A stretch of DNA of 64,000 bases from a virus (lineage: Duplodnaviria > Heunggongvirae > Uroviricota > Caudoviricetes). The notes beneath the pieces were generated by a model. The model worked only from the letters and a program-made list of their open reading frames with translations. It ran no database searches and had not been told where the DNA came from. The stretch covers positions 38,815-102,814 of the IMG/VR virus record IMGVR_UViG_3300031344_000003. One strand, written 5' to 3'. Below, one piece after another: positions 17,418 through 27,258 of the stretch. The translations under genes were made by a program, and so were the position numbers. Every line of letters begins with the position of its first letter. Position 1 is the first letter of the stretch.

Positions 17418-18067
17418 AACTCCGCGTCGGCGACCTCAAGCGCATCCTTGTCGAGGCCCAGCGTGGCCAACTGACGACCTATCACCGCATCCTGTTGACC
17501 GAGGAGGGCGATTCGGCTGCCCACACCGAAGGTGGTAGCGGTGAGTCGCTCGACAATCAGGTCGACAAGTACCTGATGCAGTACGAGAACGACTCCAAGA
17601 AGACCGACGGTGAAGTCCCCGGGGGTACGGTGGGCCAGATGGAGTCGGCTGACTGGCGCGACATCTGCCGTGGCATTCTGAATGAGGCAGGCGATGATGA
17701 CGCCGCCGACAAGCCCGCCAAGCCTGACCCCGATGCCGATGGCACCGAGGACGCCGGCGCGCCCGCCAAGCTCGGTGTTGACAGCCTCGACGTCGAGAAG
17801 TTCGCCAGCAACGTCGTCCGCCTGATCGAGAACTACGACAGCCTGCTCGAGGTGCGCAATACCCTGATGCGCCGCGCCAAGGCATTCTTGGCCAAGACCT
17901 ACGATGATGAGGTCTGCAAGACCTACGACGACGTGCTGCGCGATGACCACGGCATGGAGCCCGGTGCCAACAAGGGCGAGCTCAACGCCGACAAGTACCC
18001 AGCGCCCGCCGCCGACCGTGCCAGTGGCAGCGCCGAAGCGGGCCCCGGAGGGGGAGGCGCTCCGTGA
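17414..18067 (+). CDS. acidic protein with T4 internal-protein-type capsid-targeting N-terminus
   Basis: N-terminus MKLRVGDLKRILVEA fits the (K/R)-rich ... (L/I)xE-A pattern shared with T4 IP CTS (MKTYQEFIAEA). Confidence 0.45.
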   Translation: MKLRVGDLKRILVEAQRGQLTTYHRILLTEEGDSAAHTEGGSGESLDNQVDKYLMQYENDSKKTDGEVPGGTVGQMESADWRDICRGILNEAGDDDAADKPAKPDPDADGTEDAGAPAKLGVDSLDVEKFASNVVRLIENYDSLLEVRNTLMRRAKAFLAKTYDDEVCKTYDDVLRDDHGMEPGANKGELNADKYPAPAADRASGSAEAGPGGGGAP

Positions 18068-18450
18068 AGAGAAACGGCGTCCTCAGGAGAAAGAACATAC
18101 ACGTCAAGCTGACCCGGGAGACGCACACTGCCTTCAAGATGCGCCTGTTGGAGCACGACGTGCCGATGCAGCGTGCCTTTGAGGCCTTCGCCGAGGCCGT
18201 CGCCGACGGTTGGCAACCTGCAATCAACATCGTCATCCGCGAAGTCCGCCGGAAGTTGAAAGACGAGTTGTTGTCGGTGGGCATCAAGCCGATCGACCTG
18301 AAGCGCAAGTTGAAGGCGCCTGGTCCTGTCAGTGAACTCGACGCAGACACGTTGTATGATTTGATCAGCGACGACGAGGATGATTCGGAATCGCCCAATG
18401 ACGATGAAGAACCACCCATGACGCAAGGACATCACCATGAAGCTGCTTGA
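18064..18450 (+). CDS. hypothetical protein (GTG start, basic N-terminus, acidic C-terminus)
   Basis: GTGA overlap with the upstream gene. Confidence 0.35.
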   Translation: MKRNGVLRRKNIHVKLTRETHTAFKMRLLEHDVPMQRAFEAFAEAVADGWQPAINIVIREVRRKLKDELLSVGIKPIDLKRKLKAPGPVSELDADTLYDLISDDEDDSESPNDDEEPPMTQGHHHEAA

Positions 18451-18712
18451 TAAGGCCTTCAACAAGGCGCTGATGTTGGCTCCACCCATCGTGGAGTTAG
18501 TCAATGCCCTCAAGTCATGCGTGGACACGCTGCATGAACTAGCGCAGCACACGGCATCGCTGATTCGTACCCAGACTTATCACCAGCGCGTTCTCGAACA
18601 CCTGCACGCTCAACAGCAGCAGATCATCGGTCGCATGATGGAACACAAGCTCGACACCACGCTGCCCGCACTCGGCGACGGCGTCATTGACGACAAGAAC
18701 AAGCCCAATTGA
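18437..18712 (+). CDS. hypothetical protein
   Basis: ORF only. Confidence 0.35.
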   Translation: MKLLDKAFNKALMLAPPIVELVNALKSCVDTLHELAQHTASLIRTQTYHQRVLEHLHAQQQQIIGRMMEHKLDTTLPALGDGVIDDKNKPN

Positions 18713-18804
18713 ATTCACGAGGAGAACACCATGGTCGACAAGAAGAAGTCATCGCCTGACAAGGGCACCCAGGGTCACGTCATCCCGGGGACGGATCCGA
18801 TTCT

Positions 18805-19209
18805 ATGAGCCTCTCTGTCTTCGGCGTCGTCCTCAACTTTCTCAAGGCACACTGGGGCGCGATCGCGCTGGTCGGCCTCGTGGCGGTGGGTTATGGCTGG
18901 TTCCACCACCAGAATGCGCTCAACGTCGCTGCACTTGCACAGCTCAACACCGCCCACCAAGTCGAGATCACCGCAATCAACAAGGCCCGTGCCGACGAGG
19001 AAGCACAGCACGCGCAGGAGCAGCAGGCCCTGCAGGCGTCGCTGGCTCAGGCCCAACAACAGTTTGAGCAGGCCACCGCTGCACTGGCAGTGAAGCAGGC
19101 CGCCGAACAAACGAAGATCGCCAAGCAGTACGCCAATGATCCCGTTGGGCTAGCGACGCTGTTGAGCGCCAAGTTCGGTTTCGCCGTGCAACCCCCGGCG
19201 GGCCAGTGA
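18805..19209 (+). CDS. N-terminally anchored coiled-coil membrane protein (i-spanin-like?)
   Basis: TM helix ALVGLVAVGYGWF followed by a Q/A-rich coiled coil. Confidence 0.35.
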   Translation: MSLSVFGVVLNFLKAHWGAIALVGLVAVGYGWFHHQNALNVAALAQLNTAHQVEITAINKARADEEAQHAQEQQALQASLAQAQQQFEQATAALAVKQAAEQTKIAKQYANDPVGLATLLSAKFGFAVQPPAGQ

Positions 19210-19778
19210 GGTCGCTCATGAATTCACCTCGCATCATCGCCACGGTGACAGTCGTCGCCCTGATCGCTGCAACGTCGGTGCCCGCTTGGGCCGACGACGC
19301 CGTGCTCGCAGCGAACCATGCAGCATCGGATGCAGCCTCCAACGCAGCTAGCGCTCGGGTCACCGTAGCGCTCACTGCCCCTGCACCGGTGGTCACCACG
19401 CCGCCCCCAGTAATTACGCCGCTCAAGCTTGGGCAGGTAGCTCCGTACCCGGGTGTGCTATTTTCTCCCAGCGCTGTAGGCCAGATCATTGCCCAGCAGG
19501 ACACGGCGATGGCCACGTTGCAGTTGTCGGTGCAGCACCAGGCGACGATCGACGCAGATCAACAGAAGTTTGCCCTTGATGCCGCGGCGACGACGTGCAC
19601 CACTGACAAGAGCATCTTTAGCGCGCAATTGACCGACGCACAGAAGCAGAACTTGATCCTGCAGGACGAGCTGAAACGTGAGTCATCGGGCCCAGGCGCG
19701 GGCACGTGGATCGGTCTCGGCGTCGTCGGTGGCATCGTCTTGACGGTAGTGACCGCGTTTGCCGTGGGTAAGCTCTGA
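19206..19778 (+). CDS. secreted/membrane protein (signal peptide and C-terminal TM)
   Basis: IIATVTVVALIAATSVPAWA signal peptide. C-terminal GLGVVGGIVLTVVTAFAV. Confidence 0.4.
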   Translation: MRSLMNSPRIIATVTVVALIAATSVPAWADDAVLAANHAASDAASNAASARVTVALTAPAPVVTTPPPVITPLKLGQVAPYPGVLFSPSAVGQIIAQQDTAMATLQLSVQHQATIDADQQKFALDAAATTCTTDKSIFSAQLTDAQKQNLILQDELKRESSGPGAGTWIGLGVVGGIVLTVVTAFAVGKL

Positions 19779-19812
19779 CCAGCGACCTATTTACGTTGGT
19801 GAGGTCGTGCTC

Positions 19813-20184
19813 ATGGCAAACTTGTGGATCAAGGATCAGAACGGCGATCCCAGCGTCATTGTGACACTGGTCGCGGTGTCGTTTGTGGCGGTGACAGTGG
19901 GCTACGTGATGTCGCTGTTCGATCGCATCGGCACCGTGTCAATCAGGCCCTTCGACGTCGCGGCGTGTGGTGCTTATTTCGGGAGCGTGATGGCCGCCTT
20001 CGTGGGCCACCATTGGGTGACGACCAAGTACGTCAATGGTCAAGTCGTCACCGATGATTCGTCGGCGACCGTCACCACGACCCAATCAGGCAGCGGTAAC
20101 ACCGTCACCGCGACGACTGATGCAACGTCGACGACCACGACGATGCCAGTGGTGCCAGGAACGAACCCCGGGGTCACGACATGA
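19813..20184 (+). CDS. membrane protein with Thr-rich tail (holin-like?)
   Basis: GGTGAGG RBS. TM VIVTLVAVSFVAVTVGYVM. Confidence 0.4.
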   Translation: MANLWIKDQNGDPSVIVTLVAVSFVAVTVGYVMSLFDRIGTVSIRPFDVAACGAYFGSVMAAFVGHHWVTTKYVNGQVVTDDSSATVTTTQSGSGNTVTATTDATSTTTTMPVVPGTNPGVTT

Positions 20185-21401
20185 CGACCATTGTCACCGA
20201 CGATGCCCTCCGCGAGATGGTGCGCGAGGCGCTCTCCAACACGGGCTGGAGCAATGAGGACGCGGGCACTGCCAACGTCAACCCCGTCGTCGATCCGTCG
20301 AAGGCCGTCACCGACCCCGTCAACCCCAACTTCACGCCCCAGACCAAGACCGAGTTCGGCGTGGCGATCAATCAGCTAGTCAGGAACCTACCCGACACCG
20401 AGATGCCCGACCTGTATGGCGTCGTCAAGAAGACGCTAGACCAGCGGACTGAAAAAGAAGAGGAACAAGCGATGGACAAGAAGGCAGTGCAAGGCGGTTC
20501 TCAAGAAGCGATCGATGACGCGAAGAAGAAGCAAGCTGAGGCGGTGATCCGCAAGGCCGTCCGCAAGGCGCTGGCTGAGGCACCCCTGCCCCCGGTCAAG
20601 AAGATCCCGATCGGTGTCCACGGCAAGGAATTCAACGATCGGGTCGAGAAGACGAAGGCCGGCCTCAAGAAGTCGTTGGGCACCGCGGCGGCTGAACTCG
20701 ATAAGCCTGATCAAGAAGAACTTGATGCTGTTGCCGATGGCGGTAATGCACCTAAAGGGCGCAACAAGGCATACAAGCCCGGCGCGTTGGGGGGCATGCA
20801 GGACGTCGGCGGTCAGTCGTTTGAGGCCATTGCCAAGGAAGTGGGCATGTCGGTCGCCGGTGCCAAGCAGCTCGTCGACAAGTCACTGGAGAAGTTGAAG
20901 TGGCTGCACCGCCTGCCCGAAGACGACCGTGACATCCTGATCCTCACCACCGCCAACGACTACATCAAGACGCTGGCGCAATCGGGCGAGCTGACGGCGC
21001 CCGACATTCAACTGATGAAGGATCACCCGACGATCGTCACCGAGCTCGACGGTTTCCGCGAGTACCTGCACGACGTCATCACCAAGGCACGCAAGCCCGG
21101 CAAGAAAATCAACGCCTTCGGCGAGGGGACGGAGGCCGACGAGGTCAACCAGCTCAACGAGTCCGCCAAACGCTTGGTCACCACGTTGACCGAGGTCATC
21201 GGCAACCACGCCGTGGTGCAGGCCGACATGCGAGGCCCCTACATCGTCATCGAGGGCCGCGAAGCCCGCCCGCGTGATCCCAACAAGACGCAGTACGCCG
21301 CGGGCACCAAGGTGCGAGTGCACCAGCGGGCCAGCAAGGGCGTGTCATTGGTGGAGATGCCCAACGGGGAACAGTGGACATTGAAGGGCATGAAGGGCTA
21401 A
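20181..21401 (+). CDS. CTS-bearing protein with a sigma-70 region-4-like HTH
   Basis: N-terminus MTTIVTDDALREMVREA (LRE / VRE-A). Internal SFEAIAKEVGMSVAGAKQLVDKSLEKLKWL resembles sigma region 4.2. Confidence 0.45.
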   Translation: MTTIVTDDALREMVREALSNTGWSNEDAGTANVNPVVDPSKAVTDPVNPNFTPQTKTEFGVAINQLVRNLPDTEMPDLYGVVKKTLDQRTEKEEEQAMDKKAVQGGSQEAIDDAKKKQAEAVIRKAVRKALAEAPLPPVKKIPIGVHGKEFNDRVEKTKAGLKKSLGTAAAELDKPDQEELDAVADGGNAPKGRNKAYKPGALGGMQDVGGQSFEAIAKEVGMSVAGAKQLVDKSLEKLKWLHRLPEDDRDILILTTANDYIKTLAQSGELTAPDIQLMKDHPTIVTELDGFREYLHDVITKARKPGKKINAFGEGTEADEVNQLNESAKRLVTTLTEVIGNHAVVQADMRGPYIVIEGREARPRDPNKTQYAAGTKVRVHQRASKGVSLVEMPNGEQWTLKGMKG

Positions 21402-21407
21402 ACGTCG

Positions 21408-22187
21408 ATGGACGGCATCACCACATACGTGCCCAAGACGCAGGTCGTCGCCGCGGTACAATACGAGGTGCGCCTGATGCAGCCTCGCGCCAACATCGAG
21501 GTCGCCAAGCAACTGTGCTATGAAGCGGCAGCGAAAGGCGCCAAGCTCATCGTGCTGCCCGAGCTGTGCATCGGTGGGGCGGTGCTGAGGTCGACCGACG
21601 AGGCTTTCAAGGTATGCCAAGAGGCCGACGGGTGGCAGACGCAGGCCTTCGTGCCCATTGCCCAACGATTCAACGCCCACATTGTCTTCGGCTACACCCA
21701 GTGGTGTGAGGGCAAGTTCTACAACTCGGCGGCGATGGTAGGACCGACAGGGTTGGTGGGTAACTGGCAGAAGCACAATCTTTTCGGCGGGGATAATTTG
21801 TGGGCGCAGCCAAGCGAACAAACACCACCCATCGTGCTGACCCCCGCGGGGCGCGTCGGTGTGCTGATCTGCCGTGACATCAGCAATCGCATGCGCGAGA
21901 GCTACGTCTTTCACCAACCCGGCCAGCGTTTCTACAAGCCCGGTCAGGTCGACGTCATTGCGTGCCCGGTCAATTGGGGCAGCGCCTTCTCATATCCCGC
22001 CAGTGAGTGGGTCGAGTTGGTCGAGCAGACGCGTGCCAACGTCATCGTCAGCAATCGGGTGGGCGAGGAACGCGACATGAGTTACAAGGGAGGCTCGGCG
22101 ATCATTGACCGTGACCGCCGCATCTGGACCAATGGCTCCAGTTTCACAGAAGCTGCCGTCGTGGGCGGCGTGGTGGTGTTGGGATAA
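21408..22187 (+). CDS. carbon-nitrogen hydrolase (nitrilase superfamily)
   Basis: Glu-Lys-Cys triad context: LIVLPELC, QKHNLFG, GVLICRD. Confidence 0.7.
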   Translation: MDGITTYVPKTQVVAAVQYEVRLMQPRANIEVAKQLCYEAAAKGAKLIVLPELCIGGAVLRSTDEAFKVCQEADGWQTQAFVPIAQRFNAHIVFGYTQWCEGKFYNSAAMVGPTGLVGNWQKHNLFGGDNLWAQPSEQTPPIVLTPAGRVGVLICRDISNRMRESYVFHQPGQRFYKPGQVDVIACPVNWGSAFSYPASEWVELVEQTRANVIVSNRVGEERDMSYKGGSAIIDRDRRIWTNGSSFTEAAVVGGVVVLG

Positions 22188-22243
22188 TGTCTGGCGCCTG
22201 AGCGGGTTGATTAAGCCCAGTCAGGCCGTCAATTGATCACCGC

Positions 22244-22702
22244 TTACCGAATGTGGACTTCTAGCCCCTGAGGGCCTTGGTGTTCTTGTGAGTGCTGACG
22301 ATCCTGCTCTTGGCGCTCTTTGTCCTGTCGCTCTTTGTTCTGTTGCTCTTGCCTCTGTTGCTCCTGAAAATTACGGTCTTGTTGGTCACGTTCTTCGTGC
22401 TTGCGCGCCTCTTCTTGTTTCTGCTTGTCTTCTTGCACACGCTGCTGGCGAAGGCGCTCTGCCTGATTCGCTTGTTCCTGACGTTGCAGCGCTTGCTGAG
22501 CGCTGTTCTGTCGCTGTTGTTCCTGCTGAATCTGAAACTGACGATCGCGCTCGGTGTTGTCAACAACAACGGGCGGGGCTGCGGGCACGAACACCTGTTG
22601 TGGCGCCGGCACGGGTTCTGGCGTGGACTGAACGGGTGCTTGGCAACCGATTGCCACCGTCGACGCGGCGAGTAGTGAGAATAGAATTGACTTGAATTGC
22701 AT
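22244..22702 (-). CDS. lipoprotein with Q/E/R-rich low-complexity body
   Basis: MQFKSILFSLLAASTVAIGCQAP signal peptide plus lipobox. Low-GC region. Chosen over the plus-strand ORFs here, which lack features. Confidence 0.45.
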   Translation of the reverse strand: MQFKSILFSLLAASTVAIGCQAPVQSTPEPVPAPQQVFVPAAPPVVVDNTERDRQFQIQQEQQRQNSAQQALQRQEQANQAERLRQQRVQEDKQKQEEARKHEERDQQDRNFQEQQRQEQQNKERQDKERQEQDRQHSQEHQGPQGLEVHIR

Positions 22703-22833
22703 GGTATTTCTCCATCGAATACTTAACTAAGTCAGTGCAATTGTTGTCCACTAATTCGCGATGAATTCTCAATCCGAGCATGTTGAAAGTTCGCGGAATC
22801 CTGACAGCGTACCACCCACGACCTACTTAGATC

Positions 22834-23244
22834 ATGAGCCAGCTGTCTCGCCTTCACGAGAACTTCATTGCCCAGTCCGAGCGACCCATGGACTTCGGTC
22901 GGTTACCCATCACTGCGCAGCAGGCCCAGTCCCCCGTGGTGCCCATGGATCGGTGGCAGGCGATCGACGGTGCCCTGCACAAGACGTACCGCTTTCGGGA
23001 ATCCGAGCACCGCAACGAGTTCATCGTCTCGTGGTTGGCCTACGAGCACCAGACGCAGCACCACGCCCGTTTGACCCTCGACGAGGGTGAGGTCAGCCTC
23101 CGCCTCCAGACCCGCGACACCCAGCGCATCACTGAACTCGATAAGGAAGCGGCTCGCTATGCCGACGTGTTGTACAAGGACCTCGTCTCGCGCCCAACTA
23201 CGGTGACGTCGTCGGGTGATGACCAAGACGCTGACACGTTGTAG
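22834..23244 (+). CDS. pterin-4a-carbinolamine dehydratase (PCD/DCoH)-like protein
   Basis: DRWQAIDGALHKTYRF...F..SW...EHQTQHHARLTL follows the PCD W...L.R.F.F...[EA]..HHP pattern. Confidence 0.55.
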   Translation: MSQLSRLHENFIAQSERPMDFGRLPITAQQAQSPVVPMDRWQAIDGALHKTYRFRESEHRNEFIVSWLAYEHQTQHHARLTLDEGEVSLRLQTRDTQRITELDKEAARYADVLYKDLVSRPTTVTSSGDDQDADTL

Positions 23245-23253
23245 GATCGTGCT

Positions 23254-23673
23254 ATGGAGCTCAAGGCACAGTCACCCACGCTGATGATGAGCGAGGCCCT
23301 GAAGGGTCGCCTGACCGACGATGACGGGGTCGTGGGTGAGGATACACCACCCGTCCTTGCGGTGACCGTCGTTGCCGTCATCAAGGTGGGTGACAAGCAG
23401 ACGGCGATCGTGGGCCTGCTGAGGAGCGCGCTGTTCGACACGGACACGCCAGAGCTGGAGTTCAAGGTGCAGCTCTCCGATGCCCTCGACTTCGTCGCCG
23501 CCAAGTCGTTGTTGTTTCAAGGCTTTGAGCTGCACCACGGCGCCACCTGCGCCGTCGCTGTTGAAGGCCCCTTCATCGTCAAGGGTGCCCGGATCGATGA
23601 CATCAACGTTGTTGAACAATTGTGCGTGCTGTGTTTGGGCCTCGAACGCACGATTCGCACCGTGACCGCCTAG
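23254..23673 (+). CDS. hypothetical protein
   Basis: ORF only. Confidence 0.4.
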   Translation: MELKAQSPTLMMSEALKGRLTDDDGVVGEDTPPVLAVTVVAVIKVGDKQTAIVGLLRSALFDTDTPELEFKVQLSDALDFVAAKSLLFQGFELHHGATCAVAVEGPFIVKGARIDDINVVEQLCVLCLGLERTIRTVTA

Positions 23674-23682
23674 TTATTTGCC

Positions 23683-24753
23683 ATGAGTGGCATGGTACCT
23701 CGCACGGGTGAAGAGACGCTGATCGACATGTCGACGACGGAAGATGACTGCATGGACAGCATGGACCTACAATCAATTGTCGATCGAAACATGGACATTG
23801 CCGTCCGGGACAATGGTTACACCGAGCTTGCCAGCATGTCTCCCGAAAACGCTGCCATTGACTTGTGTACCTATTCACAAGAACTTGAAAACTTTGACAT
23901 CGACGACGTTGCAGCTTGTGTTAGTGTCTGGCGAGCGAGTCACAAGCAACTTGAGGATGCCAACCCGCCCATCGACATGTCGATGACGGAAGAGGATGAT
24001 ATAGACACCGAACGCTACGAAGCGACCGTCACCGTCGCTAAACCCGACGAGGCAGTGAAGAGCGCCAAGCAGTGGAACCTGCGGGCGACGCAAGCGACGG
24101 TGGGTCATTCACACGACGTCACCTTTGAAGGCAACTACGGCGACCTGATGAACTTTATGACGGCATATCTATCGATGTCGAGTGCCGACGCCGATACCTA
24201 CGTGGATCGGGTACCGGATCGACAACAGGAGAGCAGACAGATGACGAAACCGATGAACGAGACGATGGATGATGACATGGACGAAGGCTCTGCCGACGAT
24301 GAGAAGTCGCCACGTGGTGATGAGCACGAGTGGCTTGACTTGCCTGACGGCAAGGTCTCACGTGAAGACGACGACGATTTTGCCTCAGGTGGCGGTGCTC
24401 TCGCGCCTCACATGAGCGAGACGATGGATGACGACGACATGGACGAGGCCGGGCCGCCCCCGCCTCCGTCAACTGCGCCCCCGACGTCAACGCCGCCTCC
24501 GACGACCACGCCGCCGACCAAACCCTCGTCGACTCCACCACCGTCGAGCACGCCGTCGTCGACCCCACCTACGCCGACCCCTCCCATAAAGACTGAGTCG
24601 ACAGAGTTCGATCTGTTCATGGATCGCATTGTCATCGACGAGGCACGCGTCCGTAAGGTCGATCTCCCGGAGAACAACCCGATGCGGCGCCTGGCCAAGA
24701 ACTACCAAGAACGACCCATGGGCCGCACCCGGTTCGTCAAGCGGGGCACGTGA
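23683..24753 (+). CDS. acidic protein with internal repeats and a Pro/Thr/Ser-rich linker
   Basis: Repeats IDMSTTEDDCMD / IDMSMTEEDDID and ETMDDDMDE / ETMDDDDMDE. PPPPSTAPPTSTPPPTTTPP tract. Confidence 0.45.
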   Translation: MSGMVPRTGEETLIDMSTTEDDCMDSMDLQSIVDRNMDIAVRDNGYTELASMSPENAAIDLCTYSQELENFDIDDVAACVSVWRASHKQLEDANPPIDMSMTEEDDIDTERYEATVTVAKPDEAVKSAKQWNLRATQATVGHSHDVTFEGNYGDLMNFMTAYLSMSSADADTYVDRVPDRQQESRQMTKPMNETMDDDMDEGSADDEKSPRGDEHEWLDLPDGKVSREDDDDFASGGGALAPHMSETMDDDDMDEAGPPPPPSTAPPTSTPPPTTTPPTKPSSTPPPSSTPSSTPPTPTPPIKTESTEFDLFMDRIVIDEARVRKVDLPENNPMRRLAKNYQERPMGRTRFVKRGT

Positions 24754-25442
24754 TGACAAAGCACGTCAAGTTGACCGACGCCAAGTCGCTGTTCGCCTAC
24801 ATTGACAACGTCTTCGCCGAGGGCATCAAGAGCACCCTGCACCAGAAGGCGTTGGCCGAGAAGGACAAGCAGGGCACGGGCGGGGGTTCAACCAACGCCA
24901 ACGATGACCTGTTCGGTGCGGGCAGTGGTGGCGATGATCAGGGCGGCAGCGATCAAGGCACCGACGACCACACCGACAAACCCAGTTCATCGAAGACGAT
25001 GGACGACGAGAACAGCAAGCTGAAGGACGCCGACGTCGAGCCCAAGGACATCGTCGACAAGCTGAACTCGATCAGGAGCGGCAAGTCGTTCAAGGACAGC
25101 GCCGTCAAAGGGGCGATGGACGAGTGGATCAACAGCCTGTCGAAGACTGAGCGCGTTGCGCTGTTCGCCTTCGTCCGCGGCATCGCCCAGATCGTCACCG
25201 GTGAAGTGCCCGCCAAGCAGGCTGAGGAGCCCGGCAAGCACCCGGCCGACATCAAGATGGACAAGACCAACGAACCACACACTAAGGAAGTGCGTCCCAA
25301 TGTTATTAAGGGTGCTGGGGGCGACAAGCCCGCAGGCAGCAAGCACTCGGGCGCCACGAGCCCACAGAAAAAATCGCACGGCACCGATGAGGAGAACACC
25401 GACGCGCCGATCAGCGCACCAATTCAGGCGAAGCGGCGTTGA
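24750..25442 (+). CDS. Gly/Asp/Lys-rich disordered protein (possible head internal or scaffold-like)
   Basis: ATGA overlap. N-terminus ...LFAYIDNVFAEG is weakly CTS-like. Confidence 0.4.
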   Translation: MMTKHVKLTDAKSLFAYIDNVFAEGIKSTLHQKALAEKDKQGTGGGSTNANDDLFGAGSGGDDQGGSDQGTDDHTDKPSSSKTMDDENSKLKDADVEPKDIVDKLNSIRSGKSFKDSAVKGAMDEWINSLSKTERVALFAFVRGIAQIVTGEVPAKQAEEPGKHPADIKMDKTNEPHTKEVRPNVIKGAGGDKPAGSKHSGATSPQKKSHGTDEENTDAPISAPIQAKRR

Positions 25443-25473
25443 CCACACAACGTGGATGGTATAAGATTAGCGC

Positions 25474-25788
25474 ATGACTGACCCGCAATTCGTCGACATC
25501 CGCTACATCCCGCTGCCCATGGGCGGCACCCTCGAAGTCAAGGTGACGCAGCCGTTTCTCGATCGCCTGCGCGCCCACTTTGGGCTACTGGCACAACAAC
25601 CCGTGGATGATGATCAGATCAGGATGTACTTATACGGTGCAATGGACACGGCCGTCACCAAGGCCGAAGCTGAGGTCAACAAGGATGTCGTCGAACCCAA
25701 GCGAAGCAAGAAGAAGGCAAAGCGAGTCAAGGCGCCTGCTAAGGACGCTGGTAAACCTCGTGGTCGAAAGACGCGTAAGGGAAGCTGA
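25474..25788 (+). CDS. hypothetical protein with basic C-terminal tail
   Basis: ORF. KRSKKKAKRVKAPAKDAGKPRGRKTRKG. Confidence 0.4.
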   Translation: MTDPQFVDIRYIPLPMGGTLEVKVTQPFLDRLRAHFGLLAQQPVDDDQIRMYLYGAMDTAVTKAEAEVNKDVVEPKRSKKKAKRVKAPAKDAGKPRGRKTRKGS

Positions 25789-25789
25789 C

Positions 25790-25987
25790 GTGTCAGACGG
25801 CTCGCGGGTGCCCCACGGCTCCAGCAAGCACGTCAAAGATCTGGAGACGCGGATCAGGTCGCTGACCACGTGGCGAGACCGACAGAAGCGTGGGTCGGAA
25901 GCGCGTGCCAACTATAGTCGCCTCATTCAACGCCTGAAGGGTGAACTTGCCAGCGCTAAACGCGCGTCGGCGAAGAAGGACGACTGA
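25790..25987 (+). CDS. small basic protein (GTG start)
   Basis: Fills the gap between flanking genes. Low confidence. Confidence 0.2.
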   Translation: MSDGSRVPHGSSKHVKDLETRIRSLTTWRDRQKRGSEARANYSRLIQRLKGELASAKRASAKKDD

Positions 25988-25989
25988 AC

Positions 25990-27258
25990 GTGGGAGGTGC
26001 GAGCGGGCATCTTCGACATTTGCACGACAACCTCGACCTGACGTTCGGGGAGTTGAAGGATGTGTTGTCGTCGGCGGCCGATGGCAAGCTCGAGCGCACC
26101 AGTGAAAAACTCGACGGGATCAACCTAGTCTTCACGTGGGCGGGTGATCAACTGAAAGTAGCCCGCTCGGGCGGTGACATCAAGAGCGGCGGCATGGACG
26201 CTGTAGGTCTGGCGACCAAGTTTCAGGGGCGCGGCAACCTGGCCGACGCCTTCAACGGTGCCTTCAAGGTGCTCCGCGACGCGGTGGGCTCGCTGAGCGA
26301 CGCCGTCCGAGCCAAGGTCTTCAACGACGGCCGCACCTGGTACTCGATTGAGGTCATCTACTCCAAGAATCCCAACGTCATCAACTATGACGCCAACTAC
26401 GTTGTCTTCCACGCCAGTCCCGTCTTCCACGTCTCACGCGCCGGCGAGGTCAAGAAGCTCGACTCTGCTCCCGGCGTGGCCTTGTTGGAGAAGCACGTCG
26501 ACAACATGCAGCGTGCCCTGACGCAGCGTAGTTGGCAGGTCAGGGGCCCGGCTCTGGTTCGCCTCAAGAAGCTGAGCGACGGCAACGCCGTCAAACGTGC
26601 CTTCACCATGATCGGTCAGGCACAGTCGATCGCCGGAGTGGGTGACGATGATACCCTCGGCGATTACCTCGCGGCGCGGATGACTGATGAAGTCGCGGGG
26701 CTCGACCTGCCACCCAAGGTCGCCAAAGCGGTGACGGCTCGGGCGGTGGGCAACCCGGGCGCACCGTCGTTGCTCAACCTGAAGAAGCTCGTCTCGCCCG
26801 ACCAATATGCCGCCGTCAATCACTTTGTCAAGGCATCGCCGGGCCTGCTGAAGAAGTTCATTGAGCCCATCGAGCGTGCCGTCCATGAGTTTGCGATTGA
26901 GGCCCTGCGTGGCATGCACTCCACGCTCATCGGCAACAACGACGCCGAGGTGCAGCGCCTGCGGGGTGAGGTCGCCCGGGCCGTCAAGGCGATTGAAGCC
27001 AGCGGCGACGCCACGGCGATGGACGTGTTGCAGAAGCAGATGACGAAGTTGGGTAGCATCGAGAATGTCAGCAGCGCGATGGAGGGCGTTGTCTTCACGT
27101 GGAAGGGCAACTCATATAAGTTCACGGGTGGGTTTGCGCCTGCCAACCAGATCCTCGGCCTGTTCAAGTACGGGCGCAAGGGCGTAAAGATCCCCGTTCA
27201 AGAGGCCTATTTAAGGCACGCGGTCGCTCGGTTGGTCGCCAATGGGAGACACAGATGA
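25990..27258 (+). CDS. RNA-ligase-like nucleotidyltransferase (Rnl2 / PF09414-like motifs)
   Basis: Motif I EKLDGIN (cf. Rnl2 EKIHGTN). SIEVIY / NYVVFHA (III/IIIa-like). EGVVFTWKGNSYKF (cf. EGYVLK...KCKNSKF). A roughly 200-aa insertion precedes motif IV, so the call is tentative. Confidence 0.4.
   Translation: MGGASGHLRHLHDNLDLTFGELKDVLSSAADGKLERTSEKLDGINLVFTWAGDQLKVARSGGDIKSGGMDAVGLATKFQGRGNLADAFNGAFKVLRDAVGSLSDAVRAKVFNDGRTWYSIEVIYSKNPNVINYDANYVVFHASPVFHVSRAGEVKKLDSAPGVALLEKHVDNMQRALTQRSWQVRGPALVRLKKLSDGNAVKRAFTMIGQAQSIAGVGDDDTLGDYLAARMTDEVAGLDLPPKVAKAVTARAVGNPGAPSLLNLKKLVSPDQYAAVNHFVKASPGLLKKFIEPIERAVHEFAIEALRGMHSTLIGNNDAEVQRLRGEVARAVKAIEASGDATAMDVLQKQMTKLGSIENVSSAMEGVVFTWKGNSYKFTGGFAPANQILGLFKYGRKGVKIPVQEAYLRHAVARLVANGRHR

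Noticed and set aside
22250-22275. Possible bidirectional terminator between convergent genes (gcccctgagggcc)
   Set aside because: The stem is only 3-4 bp with no flanking T/A tracts, which is too weak to call.
22288-22695. Plus-strand ORFs 22288..22695 and 22292..22675 in the low-GC segment
   Set aside because: They have a featureless Leu/Ala-rich composition. The antisense ORF has a clean signal peptide plus lipobox and a coherent Q/E/R-rich body.
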